NCBI GenBank assembly: GCA_026770705.1
Contig: JANJGN010000047.1
Location: 3,348,001 to 3,412,000 of the forward strand
Source: Isurus oxyrinchus
Taxonomy: Eukaryota
Length of the DNA: 64,000 nt
Direction: 5' to 3'
A model generated the notes under the pieces. The model had not been told where the DNA came from. It did no database searches and was given only the letters and a program-made list of their open reading frames with translations. Of this stretch, positions 37,801-48,957 are shown one piece after another. How positions within the stretch are numbered: the stretch's first letter is position 1; every line of letters begins with the position of its first letter. The position numbers were made by a program, and so were the translations under genes.

Positions 37801-39755
37801 ATTTATAATTGAAAATGCTTTGAAATGTTAATTCATTAATTTTTGTATTATTGTATGGGGAACGTGTTTCTGGACTAACAGAACGAATGAGGCCACCGGG
37901 AGGTGTGAACAATGTTGTATTTGGGGCTACATGTCTTCGGGTTTCTTGATAAGCGTTTTTCTAGTGCTTCAGAAAGAGGCTGATCACAGTTTCCATTTGT
38001 AAAACAGGCAGCTGAAATCCCTCCATCTCCAACTGCATTCTTCTGTTTTAGATTTGATTCCAATGTTTTTCTTTTGTTTGTTTTCTCACTGTAGATTTTT
38101 TCTTTTCATTTCGGCACTGCTTCAGGTTTACGATTGAATTCTCTGCTCGCTCTTTCATATTTTCTCGCAAAATGCATTTTGGATGATTTCACTGTAACGG
38201 GGCCACGCTGAAAAGTGAAGCACTTTGATGGGGCGTTGTATAATGTTCACTGTTTTGCAGGGATGTTCACTGCTTTTGTCCGGCTACGGTTCCTTCCAGT
38301 TAAGTATTAACTTATTGGGAGCATAGATGAAATTGACTTCCGGCAAAATGAATCATGGAAAAATCCAGCACTGTACTTTACAATTGCAAGACAATTATTT
38401 TATTTATATTTTTGTGAAGTCTGCTTGGAAGATCCATGATTTTTTTTTTCTTCTGTGCATTGTACATGATACAAACAGTTGGAGACATGCATTGTTGCTC
38501 AAATTGTTAAACTGCTCACCGCGACTGAACAACTGCACAGATTGTGAATACTAAAGTTTGAAATCTGGCTGGCTAATAGAATGGAGAAGCAGGATATAAT
38601 GCCCAAAATGAACGTTGAAAAAAAAGAGGAGAGCATTGGAGAGAGAGAGAAAACAAAATAATGTAAAGCTATCATCAGTGTGAATCATGCATAAGGTGGG
38701 ACGGCTGATTTGCTCAGAACAATTATTGAGACAAAACTGATGTTAAGTTGCACATACGATGGTGCCACATATAGTGCAGAGTAATGGTGGATCTGCTCGG
38801 TGTGAGTTAAAACTGTCAAGCCTTCAAGAGAGTTTTTTATTGAAGCTTCATTTTCCTTCCTTACTGCAGACTAGGCATAATAGCGTCATGTTTTCATTTC
38901 CATGATGTCGATTGACAGCTTCACTATCGTGATTTGAATACCATCTGACAACTCATTAGAAAAAACATCATTTCAAGAACATGTTTAAATTTATTGCTTG
39001 AAAATGTGCTGAGGGAATTGATCACACTTGATTTGTTCCCAACTTACTGGTTCCATAACACAAATGGGCACAGGTAATGATGTTTTTTTGTGCAAACTGA
39101 ACTGTTAAAGACATTTTTGCACTATTATTCTGCTGAAATATATCCCTTTTTAACTAATTCTACTCTGATTTTAATCAGTTTATGCAACTGCCAAATCCAT
39201 CAGCTCCAGCCTTCCTTCCAGCTCGGATATGACATTGCCCCTGTCTTCCTAAATATATAATTCATTGTCTCGGCCTCCAAATTACTCTCCCAATGGTATC
39301 CAGAACGTTGAACTCAATGCGATGTGAGTTCATTTATTTTATTTTAAAGACTGTTTCGGCAAAACACTGATTGATTCGCATGTACCAGTAGAACGAAGCA
39401 GCTGTAATAAACGTTGTCACAAGGAATCCCTCCCGTTCGAATGCAGCCCAAATGACAATTTCAGACGTTGGATTCCGCCTGTGTAAACTAACTTCCTCCT
39501 CTCGGCTGGCACTGCACTGCAGAGTCACTCAGTCCTTTCTGTGGAATCGATAAAATTGATACAAGTTGTTTCAAGATTTCCTGAATCATTGCTGGTTTTA
39601 AAAATAAAACCCAATCAAAGGTTCAAAAAAAAAAACAGGGTGAATCGGATGATGCTCCAGTAAAGTACTAACATCAACCACAGATTGTGCCACCTCCTGC
39701 TGTGGCCCCACATCTTAACAATAACTTCTATGCTTTATCTTTCCCCCTCTCCAAG

Positions 39756-40570
39756 TTAACCTGGCGGCGATTGCAATCCTTTCCCGAGGAAAATGCGTTC
39801 TGCCCAAGTGTATCACGGGGCACCAGCTGGGAAAGGCTGTGACCGATCTCCCTGTCGTTCTACCTGAAGCGATATTGCAATGGATAGGGGCGCTTTATTT
39901 CCTAGATTACTTCCTGAAAATTACTTCTGTGTGCTACCTCATTATCACCTTGTCCTTTGAAGCAACAGCGCTTTCCATATGTTTCACAGTCGCTTTCAAC
40001 TTTGACCGATTCATGGCCATTTGTTGCAAAAAACTGAGAACAAAGTATTGTACCGAGAAAACTGAAGCTGTCGATTTCGGAACAGTGAGCGTGGTGGGCT
40101 GCTTTGTAATGATCTCGTGGTACTTTATCCGGGAACCAATAAATAAACTTGATAATATATTGTTACTTCACCCGTATCATCCGTATATTTGATGCTCTTC
40201 TGATTTTGCTTCTCAATCTCCCAATGATCAGACATCTTGTGGTTTCCAATAGTATCCGATGAAGTCTCCAGGGCTGTAATAAGAAAGAGGATCGCTAGGA
40301 ACTAGATCTGTTGAGCCGAAGGATGTCCACCATTTTAATGTTCAGAATTTCTGGCAATTTAATTCTGTTAACGGCATTCCACCTAGTTTATAGCAATTAT
40401 CCGAATTTCCACAAACTGTTAATATAACAGAAATCAGAGCAGCAATGTTGCAGTGTCACAATAATTGCGCCAACACATGTATTCACATTCTTACCCGGAT
40501 TAAATTCAGAGAGGAGTTGGTGAACGATGTAAAACGCCCATTCAACCTTAATCCAAAAAGGGCAAAGATT
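39756..40570 (+). pseudogene. GPR139/GPR142-like class A GPCR pseudogene (main exon)
   Basis: Phase-1 acceptor, then VNLAAIAILSRGKCVLPKCIT...TDL...FTVAFNFDRFMAICCKKLRTKYCTEKT...; TM5-6 ILLLNLPMIRHLVVSNSIR*...SRRMSTILMFRISGNLILL; TM7 NTCIHILTRIKFREEL. Carries in-frame stops, frameshifts and a shortened ECL2. Confidence 0.85.
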
Positions 40571-40899
40571 CGATTCGAATGATGGCCATCGAGCTGTGTG
40601 AGATCCTCGCCCAAGAATACTGGAGCCTGATGATGGTGATGGTTTTGACTGACTGAATCATAATCAAAGAAGAGCAAACTCAGCAAGATGGATCGGAATG
40701 TGGGGGAGGAGGTTTGGGGGGTGCTGGGTAATGCTTCAGTTGCTACTTGGTCCTCGAACATCTCAGTCAGCCGTGGGCGTGATGTGCGAAAGTGGAGTTG
40801 TTCTGTGAGTGGACAGTTCCATTTATGTTAAAGGTGACGCTGTGAAGTAAGGGTCTTTGTGTCCACAGTGCTCTCTGTTAACCATTTATGCAGCCATAG

Positions 40900-41410
40900 G
40901 CTTTGAGCGTCGCTGGCAAGGCCAACAATTATTGGATATTCCTAATTGTCCTTGAGAATTTTGTGCTGAGCTGCCTTCCACAGCCGCTGAATTCCATGTT
41001 GTGTAGTTACACCTACAGTGCGGTGAGGTAGAATTCCAGGAATTCACACAGCGAAAGTGATTAAAAGGCGGTTTATTTCCATGTAATTATGGTGTGTCAT
41101 GCCGGGGAAAATGGAGGTGGCGGTCTTCCAATCTGTCAGCTGCCCTTGCACTTGGAGGCTGTAGTGGGCGTGAGATTCTAAGGTGCTGTGTAAGAAGGGT
41201 TGTGGAGCCTGCAGTCTTTGCTATTGATGGTACACACTGCTGCCAATTTGCGTCGATGGTGGAGGTAATGAATGTTCGTGGAAAAGGCAAACAAAGAGCG
41301 GCCTGCTTTGTCCTGTATGTTGGCGAGTTTCTCGAATTTTGTTGGACTTACACTCTCACAGGCAAATGCGGAGTACACCATCACAATCCTGACTGGTTCC
41401 TTGGAGAAGA
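40900..41410 (-). mobile_element. LINE 3' part (family of 9270/15490)
   Basis: gagcgtcgctggcaaggccaacaattattggatattcctaattgtccttgag start, as in the other antisense copies. Confidence 0.65.
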
Positions 41411-41989
41411 TTGAATCTCAGGGATTGTGTTGGAGATCAGAAGTGCTCGCCCTTGCTTTAATCCCAGCGTCCATAAACTTAGCGAAGGAGAACACTTTCT
41501 CCCTGTACAGAATGCACAGTATCCAGATTGTTATGAACACCAATATCATAACTCCAATTAATCACCTCCTCTTCAAGGAGAACAGTTCAAATTTCACACA
41601 CCTAATCAGATAATTGAATTCCTCCACTTTGAACCAAGTCTGTGCTTCCTCTGTAATACCTTCATGTCATTCTTATTGTGTTCTGTTAAACACTGCGCAC
41701 AACACTACAGCTGAATCTGAAGTATTGCTGCTCACATGTTTGTCATGACTGTCTTTTCCCTTAAGCTTCATCACTCTTCCTGTAAAACAGAAGGACTGCA
41801 TGATTCAACATCTTAGTCGGTCAGATTCACATATTTATTGGAACAAAACAGCCCTCTCTGCCTCGGATCCACTTTAAAATATACACATGATTCTCAATAA
41901 ACTAACCTCAATCGTCTTAACAAAGTAACCCTTCAAGCGTTTCTGTTTTTGGCAAACTTTTAAATTATGTTTTGCACACCCAATTTTCT

Positions 41990-42485
41990 GCAATTACTGC
42001 ATACTTTGAAAAGAAGGCAACTAACATTGATATGTTAATTGTTTTGTGAGGGGATGGGGAAATGCAAGTTAGCTTACGTAGAAAGTTTGAACTGTCTTGG
42101 GCAGGATCCAATTTCGAAGAAAGAGAGATGATTTGACTTACACATATAAGATCCTGACAGAACTTGACAGGGTGAATGGTGAATGGACGTCTGTCCTCTT
42201 GGGCGAGTCTAGAACTTGGTGGATCAGTTAAAGAACATGGATTCTCAGATTTAAGACACAAGTGTGACGAATGTTTCTATCAGATCTTGATGAGCATTTC
42301 GATCTCTCTTGCCCAACCAAACGAGGCGTCGGCGCCTGTGCAATTTATTTTTAAGGCAGATGTAAATGCATGCATAACTAAGAAGGGAGCCGAAGCCAAT
42401 CTGGTTAAGTGAAATGTGGAGTAGAGTCCACAATAACATCAGTGATGATCTAGGTTGTCCGATCACCTATTCTTGCTCTGAATTT
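41990..42485 (+). mobile_element. Decayed CR1-type 3' fragment
   Basis: atataagatcctgacagaacttgacagggtgaatg...tttttaaggcagatgtaaat...cacctattcttgctc, the layout of a CR1 ORF2 end and 3' UTR. Confidence 0.6.
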
Positions 42486-43099
42486 GCATGCATGCGGAAT
42501 CTGTTATTGCTGAAGAAACTCAGCCTGTGGCTGTTTCTGTGTAAGGTTGGGAGAGGTGGCAGATCTGTGTGGAGAGACATCTCTGTGTTGTTAATGTTTA
42601 ACTGTGTGGGTGGTGCCGAAGGAGGCCGCGTGTATCCATGAATGGGGAGGAGTCCTCCTTGTGGAGGAAGGCTGCATCAGAAAGAGTGAAAAGTAGCTAT
42701 CTACGCCACTGCCACCTTCTCCTTCGGTCTACTGTCTCTTCTAACAAGTTTTTCTCTGAATGAAGTTGTTTCCTACATGTGGCCTTATTTCATTTTGGCC
42801 TCTACCCGTTACAAAAAAAATACGGGCGGAATTCTCTCGAATCCTCAAATATTGCTCACTTGTCCATCTCAGGTTTTCATCACTTCACCATTGCTGAGCA
42901 AGTATTACATCAGCGCGACAATTCTATCTACTCCTGATATCATACGATCAATGTAACTTCAGAAAGCATCTTTCAAAATATGACCAAACCACTGTTATCA
43001 CACATGAAAAACAGTTACGTTATTTTGTTTTATGGTCAACTTATATCACGTCAACAGGAAAAATATTGAAGAGCATATCATATTGCGATTTTAATAACA

Positions 43100-46000
43100 G
43101 CTGAAAATACGTGAAAAGATACCTGATGGTCAGTATCTGGGAAGAGAGAAACATAGATAAAATTAGGAGTCCAATATTACTTATAGATTAGGAACAGGAG
43201 AGAGGTGGAAATCTGATCAGTTTAATGTTGTTTTAATAAAAAAAGAAGGGCCAGGCAAAGAAGGGACAGGAGCACAAATTGAGAGGTCAGGAACATGTGA
43301 GAGGGCACGAGAAATATCATTAGGAAAATGTACTGAAACACAAGTCAATGGGAACGACAAGGAAATGCTGAGGTTTAATAATTAGTTCTAGACCAGACGC
43401 CGATAGCACAATAAATGTGAGCACTGCCTGAGCCAGAATAATGAATTAGCAGAAAATGGCAAAACAAACGCGCTAGCTCTGACTGAAAACAACAACAACA
43501 ACAAAGAAACAAGTTACAGACTTGCACGCATGTAGAATTAAATCAGAAAAAAATGAACAAAATTCTTTGCCTGAAGATGTTAAACTCAATGCTGAGTCCA
43601 ACAGGCTTTCAACTGCCTAACTGCAAAGAAGGTGTCCTTCCAGCCTCCATTGTCCTAAATTGAAAGATTCCCACAGACGGAAGATGGAAATTTGAGCATG
43701 AGAGCAAAGCTGGTGAAGTGACATAGCAAGCAGCAAGAAGGTAAGGTTCATGTCTGACATAGAACATTCATTTATTTTCGCAAAGAGTACACTCATTTTG
43801 GTCTCGGCCTTCCCAATGTCGACAACATAGAGTTTTGTGCAGCAAATATAGTAGACTACTTTGAAGGAAGTATAAGTAAATCATGGCTTCACCTGGAGGG
43901 ATTTCTTGAGGCTTTAATGGTAAAGAGATAGGACGTAAATTTCGAGGTATTACACCTCCAGCTATTGCAAGTGAGAATGCAGGTGAACGGCAATGAAGGT
44001 TTAATGGTGCTAGTTGTTTGGTCCAAGTGGTTACAGAGAGAAATGTTCCTTTGGAATGACGCCAGATTAGAGAAGGGATGATAAGTTTGCTCCTGACCTC
44101 ATGCTACATTTCGTGTATGTGATGCAGGCTGCTGGCATGGAGAAGGAGGGCATAGGCAACCACATGGCTTCAGAAAGGGAGGGGAAATAATGAATGCAGA
44201 AATTCTGGATATGCGTCGGACACGGTCAAGGGGTCAAAAGGTGGGAGCTGGCTTGGCAGGGGAAGAAGGAAGTCAATTTGGGATTTTTATTGTGAAATCT
44301 AGCATCATGAGATATGTTTGAGGCAGGAGTGTTGGATATTGGAAAGCAGGATGTGAGTATGTACAGCCGAGGTAGCTGTGGAAATCGGTGGGTTTGTATA
44401 TAATATTTGTACACAGACGATCACCAGCAATTGAGACAGAAAAGTCGTGGAAGGAAAGAATCAGAGTTGGAAGATGTGGAGGTGAGAAAGGTCTGCAATT
44501 GGAAGCAAATTTGATTGTTTTTATTTTCCCCATGGTCCAGAAGAAAGCATAAAGTGGCAGCAAAACTGTCATCAATGTTCCAGAAAAAAGAATCAATTCT
44601 GGGATTGGGACTGATTAGGAGTTTATTTAGAAACATAGAACATGACCACCCCCGAAAAAGTCAGATGTAATTCGGGTCCATGCTGCCACCTATAACCCCA
44701 CCTATATGAGTGCAAATCTGAAGTGAGCAAAAAGCTTTTTCAAACAGTGAAAAATTAGGGTTTTGAATGCACAGCATGGAAGTGTTGCTTTGGCAGGTTC
44801 AATCGAGGCGTTCAAGACGTTATTGGATGTTTATTTCAATAGAAACCGCAAAGAACAAAGAACAAAGAAAAACACCACAGAGGAACAGGCACTTCGGCCT
44901 TCCAAGCCTGCGTCCATCATATTGCCTGTCAAAGTAAAACATTTAGCAATTCTGGTTTCTGTATCTCTCTATTTCCAACCTATTCGTGTATTTGTCCAGC
45001 TGCCTCTTAAACACCACTATCGTGCCTGCTTCCACCACCTCAACTGGCAGTACATTCCAGACATTCACTATCCAATCCGTAAAGAAGCCTTGCATCGCAC
45101 GTTTCCTCTATAGTATTCTCCTCTCACCCTAAATCCATGTGCCCTAGTAATTGAATCTTCCACCCTGGGAAAACGCTTCTGTCTATCTGCTTTGTTCATG
45201 CCAATCAGAATTGTATAAACTTATATCAAGTCACCCCTCAATTTCCATCGCTCTTGTGAGAACAATCCGAGTTTCTACAAGCTCATCTCATAGTTAATTA
45301 TGTCCAGGCCAGCAACTTCCTGGTAAACCTACTATGCAGCTTCTCCAATGCCTCCGTTTCCATCTGGTAATGTGGTGACCAGAATTGCACGCAATATGCC
45401 AAGTGTGGTCTAACCAAGGTTCTATACATCTGCAGCATGACTATCCAACCTTAATACTCAATACCTCTGCCAATGAAGCCAAGCATGGCATATGCCTTCC
45501 TGACTACCTTGTGGACCTGCGTTGCCACTTTCAGTGACCTGTGGACCAGTAAAACCACATCCCTCTGCCCGTCGATGCACTCAAGGTTTCTGCCATTTGC
45601 TCTATAATTCCTACTTGTATCATTCCTTCCAAAATGCATGACCTCACAATTGCACAGACTAACTCCATCTGCCAATTCTTCGCTCATGTCTCCAAAAGAT
45701 CTATATCCTGTGGAATCCTTTGACAAACCTCTTCACGATCTGCAACTCCTCCAAAATTAATCTCATCGCAACCTTACTAATTAGGCCAGTTACAGTTTCT
45801 TTCAAACCATTTTCGTATACAGCAAAAAGAAAAAGGTCCCAGAACCGATTCTTTCGAAGCACCACTAGTGACCATTCTCCATTCATATAAGTACCCTTCC
45901 ACTTCTATAGTCTGCCTTCTATGACCAACCCAATTCTGTATCCATCTTGCCAGCTGAATTCTGATCCTGTGTGACGTTACCTTCACTACCGTCCTTCCAT

Positions 46001-46800
46001 TAGGGACATTCTCAAACGAAAAGGTTTACGGGGAATGGACAGGAGATTTGCACTAAATTAAAATGCCTAGAGTGCCAAAGCAGTCACGATGGGCCGAATG
46101 TTCCTCAATGCAATGTTTTAGTTGTGTGACTCTGTGATTCTTATTTGATGAAAGGAAAGTAAAAACAATTTAACGTTTGTTTTCTCAGTGAGAGATAAAG
46201 TTCAGCCCGGCTGCAATGGACGTGGGTGGATGTGGACTGTTCGGGCCTCTGGTCATTGAAGAAATTGAGAGCATCAAAGTTCCAGTGTGGCAGATGCAGG
46301 ACTGGAGGGATAGGATGTACATTGTGAAGTGTGGCAATTAGGAACTGGAAATTAATGATGAGTTTGAAGGCGACGGAGTTATCACGAAGCTGTTCAGGAG
46401 ACTTCTGCATCATGGGAAGCAAAATCTAGACAAATATGAAGAAATACTTTCACCGAGGTAGGCAAAGGTGGAGTAAATGGATATCATAGGACAGTCCTTT
46501 TTGAGAGGATTATATGAAGTAGGGAAAGGTCAGTGGTACAGAGTGGGGGTACCATGAGTTTGGAGGCTGTAGTGGGAAGGCATTCCTTGCATTTGAGTTC
46601 AGTGGCAGGCCAGGAAACTACTACTTGATTGTACCGTTTGATGTGGTTATGGTCCAGATGGGGTGTCGAAGAAATGCCTGACAGTTGGTGCTCAGATTCT
46701 GCAAGATAGAGGTCCTATGCCAGACAAGTATGCCATATTGAGTGCGTCAATTTGGCATTTTATGGATAATGTGTTGCTATCAAGGACTGAACACACACAC
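43100..46800 (-). mobile_element. Penelope-like element (segments ~43100-44710 and ~46141-46800) split by nested CR1 insertions
   Basis: Minus translations FFWNIDDSF (YIDD-like), FHDFSVSIAGDRLCTNIIYKPTDFHSYL and RAELYLSL...FIK; terminal repeat-like sequence at 43110-43180. Confidence 0.8.
44851..46010 (-). mobile_element. CR1-type LINE (RT to 3' tail) nested inside a sense CR1 3' fragment (~44710-44850 and ~46015-46140)
   Basis: Minus ORFs WIQNWVGHRRQTIEVEG...VTSGASKESVLGP and CEVMHFGRN...VHRSLKVATQVHKVVRKAYAMLGFIGRGIEY; antisense tail aagaacaaagaacaaag at 44851. Confidence 0.85.
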
Positions 46801-48374
46801 AAAAAACTGCAAGTTGATTAACTTTGTGATTATAATCCAAACTCATAGAAAATCCAAAACTCAATTAACTGACATTGTGACTATACAGTAACACTCGGCC
46901 ATATGCTGGCAACATGGCGTATAAAGTAACATTGTGATTAGAAAGTAACCGGAAACCTGGCAAATAAGTAATCATCCTCCAAAGTGATCCAAAACCTTCA
47001 AACCTGCGCAATACTAACGTTTTGGCCATGTTTTTACAAAGCAAACAAAAACCCAAAAGGTTATCCACGTCCCAAGCTGATTGAAGAGCAGGAAATCGTC
47101 GGCCTGCTGATGCGCCGCCCCATTTTAAGAACATAATCGACTGGATTTAAAATCTTCGATCACTTCCAAACTAACACAGAGACATTAGCTACCCGACTGC
47201 CATTGAACTAACCCGCTGAGAATTAACTGCCTCACTCCGCCACTAGGGACAATTCCCCACAAACCAACCCTCTTCAACCCGATAAAACAACATTAATTTC
47301 GAGCAATCTAAAAGGTGTAAATGTCGTTCTTCCAGCACAAAATAATCCATTAAGACACATTCTTATCCGTTGAAATAAAAAAATAAGCAAGTCTATTAAA
47401 ATCAAGCTGCACTGGCCCAACTCACGTATTGTGAACCCGCAAAATGTACCAATGATGTTACGGAACACTCGTAAACTGACACTGTTCCAGTTAACTTGTT
47501 AGCGACATAAGCCTATGAACAATGGCAAACTGACCCAAAAACAACAAAGTGGCTCAAGAATATCAATCCGACCCGCTGCCGATGTACTTAACATTGTACT
47601 CATTTAAACATAAAAATGAAATAAAAGAATACCTGCAGAGTGATGCACTATCGATTAACAGAACTATTCCAATATAGCGAATAATCACTAAATACAAATT
47701 TAAGGTCCATTATATGACTCATTCAGCTGAAAGAAAAAGACCCTATAAAATATCCGGTAACATTGAGTTCTCAAATAGCAATCAGGTCTATGTATCAGTA
47801 ATATAATAAATCAATCCATAGGTTTGATATGAACACAGTAACTGAATAGACTCTCTCATTAAATCTTACTCATTTTATACAGGCTGACTCACAGCAATGA
47901 GACGGGCGTACGAATGCCCAGCATTTTGAATCATCAACCGCCAATTAAAAAAAAACAAGCTAAAACTATGTGAACAAAGGCAAGGTCGTCGCACACCCTT
48001 CGAAGGAAAGCTGGGGACAATTGTGGACCGATTAGAAAACGGTATGCACATCAGGCGAAGTCATCGCCCGCCTTCAACCGACAGCTCGGTACTATTGAGG
48101 AGTAAGGAGAAAATGGTTTGGACGTTAGTTACATTCACTTAATGGCCTTTGGAGTGTGGTTCCGACTACCAAAGAGACAGTCCATTGTGGGCAGAGGGAA
48201 TCCTTGTTGTACTAAACTAATACTTTGGTTATGTCTCTATTGAGGAACAGATGTTTGCTAAAGTGGGAGTAAATGAGTAGCAATTGGCAACATTGAATAT
48301 GAAACAACATTGATAAATTGGTTCTCCGTAAACGCCACATAGTCTTCAAAGTAGCAATATCACCTGATATATAA

Positions 48375-48957
48375 AACAAAAACAGAATTACCTGGAAAAA
48401 CTCAGCAGGTCTGGCAGCATCGGCGGAGAAGAAAAGAGTTGACTTGTCGAGTCCTCATGACCCTTCGACAGAACTTGAGTTCGAGTCCAAGAAAGAGTTG
48501 AAATATAAGCTGGTTTAAGGTGTGTGTGTGTGTGTGTGTGTGTGCGTGTGGGGGTGGAGAGAGAGAGAGAGAGAGAAGTGGAGGGGGTTGGTGTGGTTGT
48601 AGGGACAAACAATCAGTGATAGAAGCAGATCATCAAAAGATGTCACACCTTTTGATGATCTGCTTCTATCACTGCTTGTTTGTCCCTACAACCACACCAA
48701 CCACCTCCACTTCTCTCTCTCTCTCTCTCTCCCCCCACCGCACCCACCCCCCACCCCCTCACACACACACACACATCTTAAACCAGCTCATATTTCAGCT
48801 CTTTCTTGGACTCGAACTCAAGTTCTGTCGAAGGGTCATGAGGACTTGAAACATCAACTCTTTTCTTCTCCGCCGATGCTGCCAGACCTGCTGAGTTTTT
48901 CCAGGTAGTTCTGTTTTTGTTTTGGATTTCCAGCATCCGCAGTTTTTTTTTTGTTTT
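48375..48957. mobile_element. Young fold-back (palindromic) Penelope-like terminal insertion flanked by a 17-bp target-site duplication
   Basis: 48375-48643 is the near-exact reverse complement of 48645-~48923. TATCACCTGATATATAA occurs at 48358-48374 and 48958-48974. Confidence 0.9.
48820..48860 (+). ncRNA. Hammerhead-ribozyme-like motif (minimal type I, variant core; this copy probably decayed)
   Basis: AAGTT-CTGTCGA-A-GGGTC-atgag-GACTT-GAAAC-ATC-AACTC gives stem I, core, stem II, GAAA, NUH and stem I'. Related copies at 48436-48476(-), 59358-59397(-) and 33406-33445(+). Confidence 0.5.

Noticed and set aside
48100-48280. Tetraspanin-like phrase HLMAFGVWFRL
   Set aside because: Too short, the frame closes quickly, and there are no further TM segments or splice support.
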